Assembly: GCA_026770705.1 (NCBI GenBank)
Contig: JANJGN010000034.1
Location: 15,686,001 to 15,750,000, forward strand
Direction: 5' to 3'
Source of the DNA: Isurus oxyrinchus
Lineage: Eukaryota
Length of the DNA stretch: 64,000 nucleotides
The position numbers and the translations under genes were made by a program. Within the stretch, counting starts at the first letter, position 1. Each line of letters starts with the position of its first letter. Shown one piece after another: positions 27,036 through 40,427 of this stretch. The notes under the pieces were generated by a model that saw only the letters and a program-made list of their open reading frames with translations, did no database searches and was not told where the DNA came from.

Positions 27036-27900
27036 CAGAAATACCTGGAAAAACTCAACAGGTCAGGCAGCGTTGGCAGAGAAGAGCAAAGTTGACATTT
27101 CGAGTCCTCATGACCCTTCAACAGAACTAAGTAGAAATAGGAAAGGGGTGAAATGTAAACTGGTTTAAGGGGGGTGGAGGGGAACGGTCGTTGGGACAAG
27201 CAAGCAGTGATAGGAGGAGATAACCAAAAGATGTCGCAGACAAAAGAACAAAGAGGTGTTGAAGGTGGTGATATTATCTAAAAGAATGTGCTAATTAAGA
27301 GTGGAGAGCAACACAAGCAAGTTAGCTCTAGTGGGGGTGGGGTGAAATAAAGGATGGGTGGAATACATTTAAAAATAATGGAAATAGGTGGGAAAAGAAA
27401 AATCTATATAAATTATTGGAAAAAACAAAAGGAAGGGGGAAGAAACAGAAAGGGGGTGGGGATGGAGGAGGGAGTTCAAGATCTAAAGTTGTTGAACTCA
27501 ATATTCAGTCCGGAAGGCTGTAAAGTGCCAGTAAATCTGAGACTGGGACATTCCCTTTGAAATCTGAAACAAAAATTGCTGCAAAAACTCAGCAGGTCTG
27601 ACAGCAGCTGTGGAGAGGAAGACAGAGTTAATGTTTTGAGTCCGTTGGACTCTTCATCAGAACTAAAGGGGAATAGAAATGTGGTGAAATATAAGCTGTT
27701 TAAGGGGGGGTGGGACAGGTGGAGCTGGACAGAGGGCCAGTGATAAGTGGAGGCAGAGGAGAGATTGCCAAAGATGTAATAAACAAAGGGACAAAGGGGT
27801 GTTGACGGCAGTGATATTAGCTAAAGGATGTGCTAATGGTGACATTAATGGTAGAAAGCAGAATAAGCAAGTGACAGATGGCCCTTCTGGGGTGGGGTGG
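27036..27900 (-). mobile_element. Two Penelope-like 3' repeat fragments with hammerhead motifs
   Basis: Homologous to the PLE terminal repeat; the second copy has canonical CTGATGA on minus at about 27654-27660. Confidence 0.75.
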
Positions 27901-27904
27901 GGTG

Positions 27905-30900
27905 AAGGGATCCTAATATCCTCACCAGGACGTTTGGTCGTGCTGTTGGGGAAGGTTTAAACTTGATTGGCAGGGGGATGGGAACCTGGGGTGGGTAAAT
28001 TCAGAGTGCAGAGGAGAAAAACTGGCAGTGGGAAGTAGAGAAATATCAACTCATAATGAGGATATATCAGAGAGTTGCATCAAGGTAGATAGGATATCTG
28101 GAGAGTTTGCTAGAATTAGAGTTGGCAACAGTAAGACATTAGGTGGTGTCAGGATAAGGGGGAAAAGAAAAAGCCGAAATAAGGGTTAATGTGCATGTAT
28201 GTGAATGCACAGAGTGTGATTAATAAGACTGGTGAACCGCAGGCACAGGTTGACAAGTGGAATTATGATATTATCGCTATAACAGAGACCTGGCTCAAAG
28301 AAGGGCAGGACTGGGCATTAAATATTCCTGGGTACAAGGTATTTAGGAGAGACAGGAAGGAAGAAACAGGGAAGGAGTGACAATATTGGTTAACGATAGC
28401 ATTACAGTACTGGAGAGAGAGGATGTGCCAGAGGAGTCTGGGATGGAATCTCTCTGGCTAGAGGTAAGGAATGGGAAAGGTGCAATAACATTGATTGGTG
28501 TGGTATATAGAGCACCAACTAGTGGAAGGGATGTGGAGAAACAAATTTGCAAAAGAAATTATGGAGACGTGCAAGAGTTATAGAGAATCATACGGGTGTC
28601 TTCCATTCTCCAAATATAGACTGGGATAGGAATAGTACAAAAGCACAAGAGGGGCAAGAGTTCCTGGAACGTGTTCAAGATCATTTTCTACAGCAGTATG
28701 TTTCCAGTCCAACAAGAGGACCTGCACTTTTGGACCTGGTTCTGGGAAATGCATTGGCCCACGTGGATCAGATATCAGTGGGAGAGCATCTACAGGATAG
28801 TGACCATGTATCTTAAGGTTTAGGTTAATCATGGAAAAGGACAGAGAACAATCCACACCAGAAATAATTAATTGGAAGAGAGCAAACTTTAATGGGATGA
28901 GAATGCATCTGAGTTGAGTGAGTTGGAATCAAGTGTTGGCAGAAAAGACAATGGCTGAACAATGGGCTGCCTTCAAACAAAAAGTATTCCAGGCAATATC
29001 AAGATGTATTCCCTTGAAGGGGAAAGGTCGGACAAATAAATCCAGAGTGTCCTGGATGATTAGAGAGATAGCAGTAAAGATGAAAAGGAAGTAGTGCACG
29101 TACGACAGATGTCAGGTAGAAAATACAATGGAGAATCAGACTGAATATAGAGGGACTAGAAAGGATGTGAAGGACTAAAAAGTAAAGCAAGGAGAGAGCA
29201 TGAAAAGAGGCTGGCAGCAAACAAAAAAGGGAATCCTAAGGTCATCTATAAGCAGCTAAATAATAAAAGGATAGTAAAAGGAAGAGTAGGTTTGATTTGG
29301 GACAAAGAAAAGGGACCTGCATGTGGAGGATGGGGAAATAGCGCAGGTGTTGAACGAGTACTTTGCATCTGTCTTTACAAAGAAAGAACTTGTTACCCAG
29401 GCCGAGGTGAGAGAGGAGGTAACTGGAACACTAGAAGAACTTACAATCGAGAGGAAGGTGGTGTTGGAAAGGCTATCTTTACTTAAAATAGATAAGGTAC
29501 CAGGACCGGAAAAGATGCATCCAAGGATACTGAAACGAGTGAGAGTGGAAATTACAGAGGCACTAGTAATACTATTCCAGTCTTCCTTAGGCACAGGGGA
29601 GGAGAAATGCAAATGTTACACCCTTATCCAAAAGTGGGTGCAAGGATAAAGCTGACAACTACAGGCCAGTCAGTTTGACACCAATGGGAGGGAAACTTCT
29701 GGAAACTATAGTACGGGATGAAATCAATAATCACTTAGACAAGTGCAGGATAATTAGGGAAAGCCAGCATGGATTCATCAGGGGAAAATCATGTATAACT
29801 AACTTGATGGAATGTTTTGAGGAGGTAACAGAGAAGGTTGATAAGGGCAATGCTGTTGATGTGGTGTATATGGATTTTCAAAAGGCATTTAATATAGTGC
29901 CACACAACAGACTTGAGTAAAATTCTAGCTCATGGAATAAAAGGGAAAGTAGGCACTTGGATAAGAAATTGGCTGAGTGACAGGAAACAGAGAATAGTGA
30001 TAAATGGTTGTTTTTCAGATTGAGGGAAGATTTGTAGTGGAGTTCCTCAAGGTTTAGTTGGGACCCTAGCTCTTCCTGATATATATTCATGACCGAGGCT
30101 GTGGTGTGCAGGGCATGATTTCAAAATTTAAAGATGGTACAAAGATTAGAAATGTTATCAACTATGATGGGAATAATCCTGAACTTCAAAAGGACATAGG
30201 CATGTTGGAAGATTGGGCATACAAATAGCAGATGAAGTTCAATGCAGAGAAGAGTGAGGTGATTCATTTTGGCAGGAAAGATATGGTGAGAGAGTATAAA
30301 ATAAAGGGAAATCCTCTAAAGGAGGTGCAGGAACAGAGGGACCTCGGTGCATATGTACATTGGTCATTGAAGATGACTGGGCATGTGCAGACTACAGTTA
30401 ATAAAGCATGTAGTATCTTAGGGTTTATTCATAGGGGCATTGAGTACAAGAGTAAGGAGGTCATGTTAAACTTGTATACGACACTAGTTAGGCCTCATCT
30501 GGAGTACTGCGTCCAGTTCTGGGTGCCATACTTGAGGAAAGATGGGAAGGTATTCAAGAGAGTACAGAGGAGATTCACAAGGATAATTCCTGGGATGAAG
30601 AACTGGAGCTATGAGGATAGATTGGAGTGGTTGGGACTGATTTCCTTGGAGAAAAGAAGGCTGAGAGGAGACTTGACAGAGGAATTCGAGATCCTGAGGG
30701 GTAAAGACAGGGTAAATAGTGAGAAACTGATCCCACTCAGGAGATCATCAAGAACTAGAGGGCACAGATACAAAATAATTGGTAAAGGAGTAAATGTGAT
30801 GTGGGGAAAGATTTTTTCACCCAGAGGGTGGTTGGAGTCTGGAACAAACTTCCTAAAAGGGTGGTGGAGGCAGGATCGATCGAGGTATTCTAAAGGGAAT

Positions 30901-31030
30901 CAGATTGCTCCCTGAAAAGAGAGAATGTGCAAGGTTATGGGGATAAGGCAGTGGAGTGAGACTGGGCCAATTGCTCTTTCAGAGAGCCAGTGCAAACACA
31001 ATGAGCCAAATGTCCTCTTTCTGCACTGTA
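27905..31030 (+). mobile_element. CR1 LINE, degenerate ORF2 (APE plus RT)
   Basis: IAITETWL, YRAP, SDH, KVPGPEKMHP, YMDFQKAF, LVRPHLEYC. Confidence 0.9.
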
Positions 31031-31089
31031 AAGATACTGTGATATCTGTACAGGTACATTATCCTGTACTCCCCCCTCACTTATTCTGT

Positions 31090-31445
31090 AAATCAGCTGC
31101 TGCTGCTGTCAATATTAACTATCAAAAGGAAATTGGATGAATTATTAAAGGGAAGGATAATTACAGGGAGAACAAAAATTTGCAAAACTGATTTGGCCTT
31201 GCAAGAGATAAAGTCATTTCAGAAGCAGCTGGCTGCTGCAGGGAGAGATCATTTGTCTCTGGGTGAATGAAGTTAAAAAGGGACAAAGTGTCTCTTCCTC
31301 AAACCCGTTTCTCGATCTTGTGCTTAAAGTGATACAACCCCACCCTCTGCTGGCGGATGGAAGCTACTACACAAACAGAGGGGAATATTCAGGGATTCAG
31401 CAAGAGAGCAGGTCAATCAAAAATGACAGGGAAAAGTGTGGTTCA
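31090..31445 (+). repeat. About 350-bp spacer element, inverted copy of about 45850-46205, with a CTCF-like motif
   Basis: ORFs 31263(+) and 46033(-) give nearly the same peptide; CCAGCAGAGGGTGG on the opposite strand. Confidence 0.75.
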
Positions 31446-31517
31446 GTATCTTCAGAGGAAAGCTGTAACGTATATGTCGGGTGAAGTAGAAATTAAGTTC
31501 TATTTTTGATTGGAAAA

Positions 31518-31548
31518 TCAGGGGAGAGCGCCAGCGCAGTACCCCCAC
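31518..31548 (-). pseudogene. RNU1: U1 snRNA 3'-end fragment
   Basis: CAGGGGAGAGCGCCAGCGCAGTACCCCCAC resembles the reverse complement of U1 stem-loop IV. A 3'-box-like TCAAAAATAGA follows on minus. Confidence 0.55.
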
Positions 31549-32539
31549 ACCTGGAGTCACATCTCGACCAGACTGGGTAAGGTTGGCAGGTTTCCATCCC
31601 TAAAGAGACATCAATGAACCAACTGGGGTTTTACCACAATCCAACAGCTTCATGGTACTTTCATTGCAACTAACTTCAGATTTCCAGATTTTCAGACAGT
31701 GCAGTGCTCCCTCAGTACTGAGCCTCGGACAGTGCAGCACTCCCACAGTAGGGATATGGTATTTTCTGGGAACACTAGGATTTATGCACTGAGTATTTAT
31801 GGAGTGGGAATTGAGACAGTTAAACTGTGGCCTATTTACTGTGTGGATCCAGGATCACACGGATTTACAGGACCAGTTGTGAACAGCAGCAGATTGTTAG
31901 AGGGGAGTCGCACAGACTCCAGGGTCTGAATGGGTCACTCCTGTACCTGGGAACAAACTGAACACTGCAATGGGAAGGAAGGGACAGGAAGGGGCTCACT
32001 CTCACAGACTCATTCTTTGGTGAAATATCACACAGCATTTCAAACCTTCAAACCTTTCTATCCAGCATGATCAAATGTAAGAGCTGAAAACACATGTAGT
32101 AGTTTAGAAACAGATTTACCTGGTACAGGCGTGGTCGGTACAGGTGTTTGAGGTCGCTCTAAAGAAAACATCATGTGTTTAGTATTGTGTGTGAAACAAA
32201 CTGCAGAAATGTTCAAAGACTCTATTGGGCTTTAGGGAAACACATCCAGGGAGGAACGAGACTCGGATCAAACTGATTGGGAAGGATCAGGAACAGGGTC
32301 GGCAGAGGGAAAAATTCAACAGGATTGCATTAACTGTGGTGGGTAGAATGGAAGTTTTCCAGAGTTACCCTGAGCAGGATCATTCCCAGCAGCCTACATC
32401 CCCCTGTGGAGAGAATCCTCCCAGCATCCTGGGTCTACTGGGATACACTTTCAAGGTAAGCGCACTGGGTCTTGTAAAGGCTGCCTGAGAGGTGCGATGG
32501 GCCCCACCTCCTGCACCCCAACATCTGGAGACAGACAGA

Positions 32540-33450
32540 GCTCTTTGCTGGAGAGTGAGTGCAGCTTGATAGCTCCATTAACTCCTTCCATCACCCAGTT
32601 TGACAGCTCTGTCCTTCAGGGCTCCATCAGCTTGGTCAGTGATGGTATTACTGACCCACCCTTGGTGATGGACAGTCAAGTCCCCACTCAGTACATTCTG
32701 TGTCCTTGCCACTCTCACTGCTTCCTCCAAGTGGTGTTCAGCATGGAGGAGTACTGATTCATCAGCTGAGGGAGGGCAGTAGGTGATAATCAGCAGGAGG
32801 TTTCCAGGTCTGTGTTTGATCTGAAGCTGTGAGACTTCATGGGGTTCAGAGTCAATGTTGAGGATACCCCGCACCACTCCCTCCGGACTGTATACTGCAC
32901 CTCTGGTGGGACTGTCCTGCCATTGGGACAGAATATACTCAGGGATGGTGATAGAGACTGGGATTCAAGGTTAATTCTGTGAGTATGACTCTGCCAGACA
33001 GCTCTCCCAACTTGGACATCAGATGTTAGTGAGGGGACTTTCCAATGTCAACTGGCCTGGGTTTGTCTGTGTTGTTTCCTGATTCGATGCCCGGGGTGAA
33101 GCCAGTGATGATTCAGTTTTATTCTATTCTTTCTTTCCAATGGTTTGATATCAATTCATTTTTAACTGCCCTCTGACCTCCTAGGCCAGCTTAACCAACC
33201 AGTTTACGGTGGGACTGGGTAAGGACAGCAGGTTTCCTTCCCTCAAGGGACATTCATGAACCAGTTGGGGTTTTACAACAATCCAACAGCTTCAGGGTCA
33301 CTTTTATTGCAACTAACTTTATATTTCCAGATTTTTATTTAATAAACTGAATATAAATTCTGGAAGTGCCATGCTGGGATTTGAACTCTCATCCTCTGGA
33401 TTGTTAGTCCAGGCCTCTGTATTACTAGTCTAGTACCATAACCACTGAAT
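32540..33450 (-). mobile_element. 5' part of the tRNA-headed LINE (head plus APE fragment) inside the IgV-stalk intron
   Basis: ORF 32578-32877 has APE motifs; the SINE-like head lies at 33150-33450. Paralogous copy at 57080-57970. Confidence 0.7.
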
Positions 33451-33504
33451 TACCAAACCCATACAGAGATTAAATACAGAATACCTGAAGCAGAAACCTC
33501 TCAC

Positions 33505-33848
33505 CTGTCACAGAAAGATGGATGATATCAGTTTGCTCCCATTTATAACCCACAGCTATCCTTTTGTAAATGTGACATATATACTGGTTCTGGTCTGACT
33601 CCCTGAGGTCAGAGATCAGAACTGACCAGTTGCCTTGTTCCAGTTGATCTTTGAACAGGTTTGTTCTGTTTCTGAATCGTGGATCTTGTTCTGTCAAATC
33701 ATTGTTCCGAGTGATGAACTTATGCAAAATTTCAGCCTTGGCTGTCTCCCAGACTACCAGTAAATCAGAGACTGAGGCATTGCCTTCGTAGGTACAGGGC
33801 AGCACAACTGCTCCCCAAGGAACCCAGAAACTGGGACAGGCGAGTCAC
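33505..33848 (-). pseudogene. IgV exon of left paralog (B7/BTN-like V-set), frameshifted near its start
   Basis: ttttccag|GT...ACAG|gtgaga boundaries; LPC...W...QDPRFRNRT.LF...GNWS.LISDLR.SD...Y.C. Reads GAGCAGTTGTG where the right copy reads GAGCAGATTGTG. Confidence 0.8.
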
Positions 33849-34469
33849 CTGGAAAAGATTGAAAGTATTTATCCATAGATATAACCTCCCTGCTGGTACA
33901 TTATATCCCAAGTTTCACATGGTTACACTGCGATGCTCGATTGACAAGATACACTGATCAGTAACTCACTGCTTTCATTTCTGTGGGAAGGTTAAAGCTC
34001 AGGAATTAAGGGCCTTCAACTAAAACCAGCCTGTGCTGGGGATTTGTAAGCACAGAGCAGCTGGACAGCACTTTGAATCACATGTTTTTCATTTGTACAC
34101 ATGCTGGGAGAACACATCAGGGTATTGGTCACCTCCCCTTGGGACAAAATTCACAGACTGGGGGTGCACAATGTGAGGTGGAGCTCAGGAACAGAAAACT
34201 GACCCTGAAATGTAAGATTGGAATCCCCAGTCCTGATGACTCTACTCCCCATGCTCTTGGACCATTCCCAGTTCTATTTGATCCCAGGACGGTCTCAGAC
34301 TCCTGATCCCAGTGCTCATGACCCCATCCCAGTCCCACCAGATCCCAGTCACCCATCCGTGTCACCCAGTGTTGCTCAGTGTCCAAATCCCACTCTTCAC
34401 ATCACAGGGGTTAATCTGAAGACATTAACTGCCCTCCTTTCAACTCTCATGATCATTATTTTATGAATA

Positions 34470-37370
34470 AAGTATAGTTTTGGAGAAAGAAATCTGAATG
34501 AACATTCCAAATCATTTCAAAATGGTCATTACACAAAGAGCAATGAAATTCAAATTTGACATAATGTTCCACTTGAGATACCTCAATACCACCGTGATAC
34601 ATGTGACATTTAATATATCAAACCAATGTCTAGCATACAGCCCCAGGGATCTATACAATTCCCAGCCTCTCTGTGCGCTCTATCTGGAAGGTCTTAGACA
34701 GTGACCTTGCCCCATTGCATCTTTACGCCGGCTGCTCCAAGCAGTCGTGTGTGTCTCAGCACGTGGTCCTGGTTCTTGGAATGTGCCAGTCTGCAACACT
34801 CGGTCAGGGACAACTCTTTGCACTGGAAAACCAACAGGTTTCGGGTAGACCAAAGTGCGTTTTTCACTGAGTTGATGATCCTCCAGCTGCAGTTGATGTT
34901 TGTCTCGGTGTGTGTCCCTGGGAACAGCCCGTGGAGCGTACAGTCCTGTGTCACGGAACTGCTCAGGATGAACCTCGACAAAAACCACTGTGTCTTGTTC
35001 CAGACCTTCTTTGCAAAAGCACATTCTACAAGAAGTTGAACAATAGTCTCTTCCCCACCATAGCCATCTTCAGGGCAATGGGGGTGAGACTCCTGGCATG
35101 TAGGAAGGTTCTGACGGGGAGGACCTTTCTCACCACCAGACAAGCCATGTCTTGGTGCTTGTTGGAAAGTTCTGGCGACGAGGCTTTCTGCCAAATGCCT
35201 GACAGTCTACACAGGGAACCATCCAACAGGATCCATCATCTCCTTTTCCCACAGGGCCTCAAGGACATTGTATGCAGGCCACTGCCTGATGGGCTTGTGG
35301 TCAGAAGGCATTTTCTGCATAAACTTCTCCATGAGGGACAGGTGGTACGGCATGGTCCAACTATTTGGAGAGTTCCGCGGCAGCGTGGCCAGACCCATCC
35401 TTCACAACCTCAGCACAGAGTGACACTTGCTGTTTGCATACCGAGGGTCTACGCACAACTTGGTGCGACTACACAAAGATGGCCAGCAGGATGAGGGCGA
35501 TGTTGAGCACATCTGTCTCCCACCCACACCTCTCTATCCAGAGCCTCTGGCATCCCCATGGACACAATCCATCTTTGACCTCCGGATAAAAAGTTGAAGG
35601 TGGTTCGGCTGACCACTGCTGCACAAGATCAGGGTACGGGCAACACCTGCACCATGTAAAGCAATGCCCAGAGTGCCTCACACCTCATAATCAATCCTCT
35701 CATTCCCAGATCCTTCCTGATGGACTCAGCAAAGGATTCTACGCAACACACAAACAGGACAGGGGAGAGAGGGCAGCCCTGCCTGACTCCAGATTTCATT
35801 GGAAAGCTTTCTGATTCCCTCGCATTGATTGAAACTACACTAGTGATGTTTGTGTAGAGCAGTTGGATCCAATTGCAGATTACCTCCCCAAACCCCATTT
35901 TGGAGAGCACATCCACTATGTAGGTGTGCGTTATTCCGTCAAAGGCCTTCTCCTGGTCCAGGCTGATGAGGCAGGTGTCCACACCTATGTCCTGTACATA
36001 GTCTTGCACTCCTCAGGGATGAGATCTTCCCAAAGGGTACAACACAGGTCTGGTCAGGCTGGACATCAAATCCAAAGCAGAGGTGACCCGATTGGCAATG
36101 AGCTTGGACCAAATTTTATAGTCCACATTCAGCAGTGAAATAGGTCTAACATTTCTAATTTCCTCCCTTTCCCGCTTCCAACTGTAGGTGGGGGTGATGA
36201 TGCCTTTCCTCATGGATTCTGACATGCTGCCGGCCAGAAGCATACTCTCGTACACTCCCAGGGCCGGGCTGCGCTGGTTGTGTTGCTGTTCTCACAGTCC
36301 TGGAGCTGGGGAACGTTGGCAGCGATGCTGCTCCCAGTGACCCGCAGGTTTTCACTGGGCCCCTGGCCACCTCTGGTGTTTCTCAGCTGGGAACCCTTGG
36401 ACTCCATTACTGCCTTGGTGCTTTGCTGTTTTTCTGGTTGGTAGCGGTTTTCCAGCCCTTCCTCATCTGAGGAGCAGCTGCCGCTGGTGTCTGCTTGGGA
36501 TATTTGCTGCTACTTGCTGCTTGCTTGGATAGCAGCTCTTCCCTTCTGTAATCTTTTCCTCTAAGTTTCTTCTTTTCGCTGTTTGTTAGCCTCCTTGTTC
36601 TGATGGTGCCTCCTCTCCCATCGACTCTGCTTCCAATAGGGAGGCTGAGCAATGTGATCCATTTCTGGAGAGCTCACCACTTCTTGCTCACAACCCTTCC
36701 CCTCTTTCCCACTGCCTTGTGCACCGAGTGCCTTCTGGGAGGTTGGTGCATGTACCTCCCTTGAGGCAGTCCTGCTTGTTGCTCCTGATTTGATTGCCTG
36801 GGGAAGTAGCTAGCACTGCGCTTTGGGCAGGCCTTGTACAGATGGCCGACCTCCCCACCCAGGTGGCAGCATCTGCTCTCTCTACAGTCTTTGGTTAAGT
36901 GGCCTTCCTCCTTGCCGTTTCGACAGAATGTTGCGCTGGTGTTGGTGGCCACATGTCCAATGGGCTGTCCCACGTACACCAAATAGCCTCAACTTCCTCC
37001 GGTGCTGAAGCTGGAGGGAGGGTGGAGAATGATTCAGTTGGCATCTACCTTCAAGGTCACCCTGACCTGTTGTTTGATCACCCAAATGCCATATAAATCC
37101 TTGACTTCTGTGCTGCTTTCAGCCAACTCAATGTACGTGGCGAGGAACACGAGTACATCCAGCACAGCTTGAACGTGTGGATGGTGACCACTGCAATGAC
37201 AGAGGGCACAGGAGCTCAGCAGTGAGGATGGACAATGGCCCTACCTTCCTTTCTCTTTGAAAGCCTTCAGAACCTTGACACATCCTGTGGATTTCAATGT
37301 CAATTGACATTGAAATACCCGCCAGTGGGGAAATCTCGCTGGCGGAAGATATCCACGGCTTCTAACCCAC
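34470..37370 (-). mobile_element. Tx1/L1-clade LINE, heavily deleted (ORF1 zinc knuckles, RT, C-terminal zinc finger)
   Basis: CRNGKEEGHLTKDC and GHLYKACP, RPISLLNVDYKI, SLDQEKAFD, GVRQGCPLSP, EETIVQLLVEC. Confidence 0.8.
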
Positions 37371-37376
37371 AAACAC

Positions 37377-38515
37377 TTGAACAGGCCCCCAAACAGTCAG
37401 AGAGAAATAGATGAGCAGATATGTCGGCAAATTTCAGAGAAGTGTAAAAATAATAGGGTAGTAATCGTGGGGGATTTCAACTTCCCCAACATTAACTGGT
37501 TAATTAGCGTAATGGGTTTAGAGGGAGCAGCATTCTTAAAATGCATCCAGGAGAGCTTTGTAAGCCAGTATACAGAGGGTCCTACAAGAGAGGAGGCGGC
37601 CCTGGATTTAATTTTAGGGAATGAAGCCGGGCAAGTGGTAGAGGTATCGGTGGGGGAGCATTTTGCAGATAGTGATCATAACTCCATTAGATTCCAGGTT
37701 GTTACAGAAATGGACAAGGATGGGCCAGATATCTAAATTGGGGGAAGGCCAATTTTAAAAAGATCAGATATGATTTGGCCAGAGTGGACTGGGAGCAGCT
37801 ACTTTTAGGTAAATCTGCATCAGAGCAGTGGGACTCATTCAAGAAGGAAATAGGGAGAGTACAGGGGCCAACATATTCCAGTAAAGATAAAGGGTGGGAC
37901 CAACAAATCCAGGGAACCCTGGATGTCGAGGGATATTCAAGATTGGATAAAGAGAAAAAGGGAGGCTTATGGCAGATTCCATTGGCTCAAAACAGCGGAA
38001 GGCCTCGAGAAGTATAGGGAGCATGAAAAAACATTGGCAGATAAAATATAGGAAAATCCAAAGTTATTTTACAAGTACATTAAGAGTAAGAGGATAACTA
38101 GGGAAAGAGTAGGGCCCATTAAGGACCATAGTTGTAATTTGTGTGGGGAGCCAGAAGACCCAGGTAAGGTTTTAAATGAATACTGTGTGTCAGCGTTCAC
38201 AGGGGTATGACCTGGGTATGGAAATCAGGCATAAGAACTGTGGTTTAATTAAAGAAATTAGAATAGAAAGGGAGCAGGTTCTAAGTGGTCTGGCAGGCTT
38301 AAAAGTAGATAAATCTCCAGGCCCAGATGAAATGTATTCCAGGCTGTTGAGTGAGGCAAGGGAGGAGATAGCAGGGGCGCTGGCAATAATTTTCAATACC
38401 TGTCTGATCTAGTGCTGGAAAATGGGGGTAGATTAGTTAGGTACTTGTTTGACCGACACAGACTCGATGGGCCGAAGGGCCTTTTTTCTGTGCTGTAGAC
38501 CTCAATGACTCTATG
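37377..38515 (+). mobile_element. CR1 LINE fragment nested in the Tx1-like element
   Basis: VGDFNFPNINW, LDLILGN, SDHN, KSPGPD. Confidence 0.8.
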
Positions 38516-39164
38516 AGCACCCGCTTAACAAAATAATGCCGGTCCGCAGGTACCTCGGTCCAATGTCTTCCCTGTCACCTGAACAGTTATCAGCAACCTC
38601 TGGCCTAGTGCCTGGTGCTTTTCCGTTAAGCAGGTGCTGGAGTTTTTGCTGTATCGACGACATTAGGGCTAAACCAGAATTAAGCTAAGACCAGCATTAA
38701 GATCCACTAAAAGCAGCAGAGCTCAAACTTTGTCTTTGTTGCTGTTTTCTTCATCATCATCATTGTCGTCACTTTGAATTCACCATCAAAATCCACACAA
38801 AAAGTTTCAGGATCATGATGTGTGATGTGAACCTACTGTGTCCAGATCCCACTGTTCACATCACAGGGGTTAATCTGAAGACATTAACTGCCTCCCTTTC
38901 AGCTCTCAGGATCATGATGTGCAATGTGAACCTACTGTGTCCACTCCCTCAATGGCTCCACTTGCAGTACACACAGCTCCTTAAAGCAAGATGAATTCCT
39001 GATTCCCCCCTCCCTTTGATCACTGCTGAAATGTTCCAGCAGTCACAGCACTTACCTGAAACAGCAGCAACAACACTGAGCAGCAACAGGAGTAGTTTCT
39101 GTAAGTTGTGTCCCTGCAACAAGAAAACACAGTTACCCCCCTTTGCAACAGATTCACTTCTGAT

Positions 39165-39423
39165 AAAAACAAAAAAAACTGTGGATGCTGGAAATCCAGA
39201 ACAAAAACAGAATGACCTGGAAAAACTCAGCAGATCCGGCAGCATCGGCGGAGAAGAGAAGAGTTGACGTTTCGAGTCTTCATGACCCTTCAACAGAACG
39301 AGGTGAATCCAAGGAGAGGGGTGAAATATAAGCTGGTTTAAGGTGGAGGGAGAGAAGTGGGGGTGAGGGAGGGCGGTGGTGTTGTAGGGACAAACAAGCA
39401 CTGATAGGAGCAGATCATAAAAC
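39165..39423 (-). mobile_element. Solo Penelope-like repeat with 12-bp TSD
   Basis: TTCACTTCTGAT at 39153-39164 and 39424-39435; absent at the paralogous site near 62160. Confidence 0.8.
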
Positions 39424-39454
39424 TTCACTTCTGATCTGGTTGATGACTGACAGG

Positions 39455-39525
39455 AACGGGATACGCATGCGCCTCGGAGCTGGAGAAAGAGGCCGGGCCC
39501 GGGAGAGGCGCATGCGCACTGAACC
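39455..39525. promoter_or_regulatory. CpG-rich segment with two NRF1-like motifs
   Basis: ACGCATGCGC at about 39463 and GCGCATGCGCA at about 39508. Confidence 0.45.
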
Positions 39526-39579
39526 GGCGAACAATGCTTGGCATCTCCCGCTACACAAACTGAGACTCACCCGGCGTTG

Positions 39580-40427
39580 NNNNNNNNNNNNNNNNNNNNN
39601 NNNNNNNNNNNNNNNNNNNNNNNNNNNNNNNNNNNNNNNNNNNNNNNNNNNNNNNNNNNNNNNNNNNNNNNNNNNNNNNNNNNNNNNNNNNNNNNNNNNN
39701 NNNNNNNNNNNNNNNNNNNNNNNNNNNNNNNNNNNNNNNNNNNNNNNNNNNNNNNNNNNNNNNNNNNNNNNNNNNNNNNNNNNNNNNNNNNNNNNNNNNN
39801 NNNNNNNNNNNNNNNNNNNNNNNNNNNNNNNNNNNNNNNNNNNNNNNNNNNNNNNNNNNNNNNNNNNNNNNNNNNNNNNNNNNNNNNNNNNNNNNNNNNN
39901 NNNNNNNNNNNNNNNNNNNNNNNNNNNNNNNNNNNNNNNNNNNNNNNNNNNNNNNNNNNNNNNNNNNNNNNNNNNNNNNNNNNNNNNNNNNNNNNNNNNN
40001 NNNNNNNNNNCTTCCCCTCTCCCTCCCCCTCCCTCTCTCTCTCTCTCCCCCTCCCTCTCTCCCTCTCTCTCTCCCCCTCTCTCCCCCCTCCATCCCTCTC
40101 TCTTCCTTCCCCTCCCCTCTCTCTCCCTCCCTCCCCCTCACTCTCTCCCTCCCCCTCCCTCCCCCTCCCTCTATCCCTCCCCCTCCCTCTCCCTCTGTCC
40201 CTCCCTCCGTCTNNNNNNNNNNNNNNNNNNNNNNNNNNNNNNNNNNNNNNNNNNNNNNNNNNNNNNNNNNNNNNNNNNNNNNNNNNNNNNNNNNNNNNNN
40301 NNNNNNNNNNNNNNNNNNNNNNNNNNNNNNNNNNNNNNNNNNNNNNNNNNNNNNNNNNNNNNNNNNNNNNNNNNNNNNNNNNNNNNNNNNNNNNNNNNNN
40401 NNNNNNNNNNNNNNNNNNNNNNNNNNN
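39580..40427. other. Assembly gaps flanking a CT-rich low-complexity tract
   Basis: N runs at 39580-40010 and 40213-40427. Confidence 0.98.

Larger units (their letters stand above)
24670..39113 (-). pseudogene. Left paralog of the single-IgV membrane protein gene (probable pseudogene)
   Basis: Exons found: leader 39113-39056, IgV 33848-33505 (344 bp, 1-bp deletion), stalk 32158-32120, cytoplasmic 25069-25003, last-exon remnant LRNIQDNL* near 24670-24700 lacking its acceptor. No TM exon found. Confidence 0.75.

Noticed and set aside
32225-32488. Duplicated plus-strand ORF (also 56508-57020)
   Set aside because: Intronic sequence shared through the segmental duplication, with different stops and no recognisable domain.
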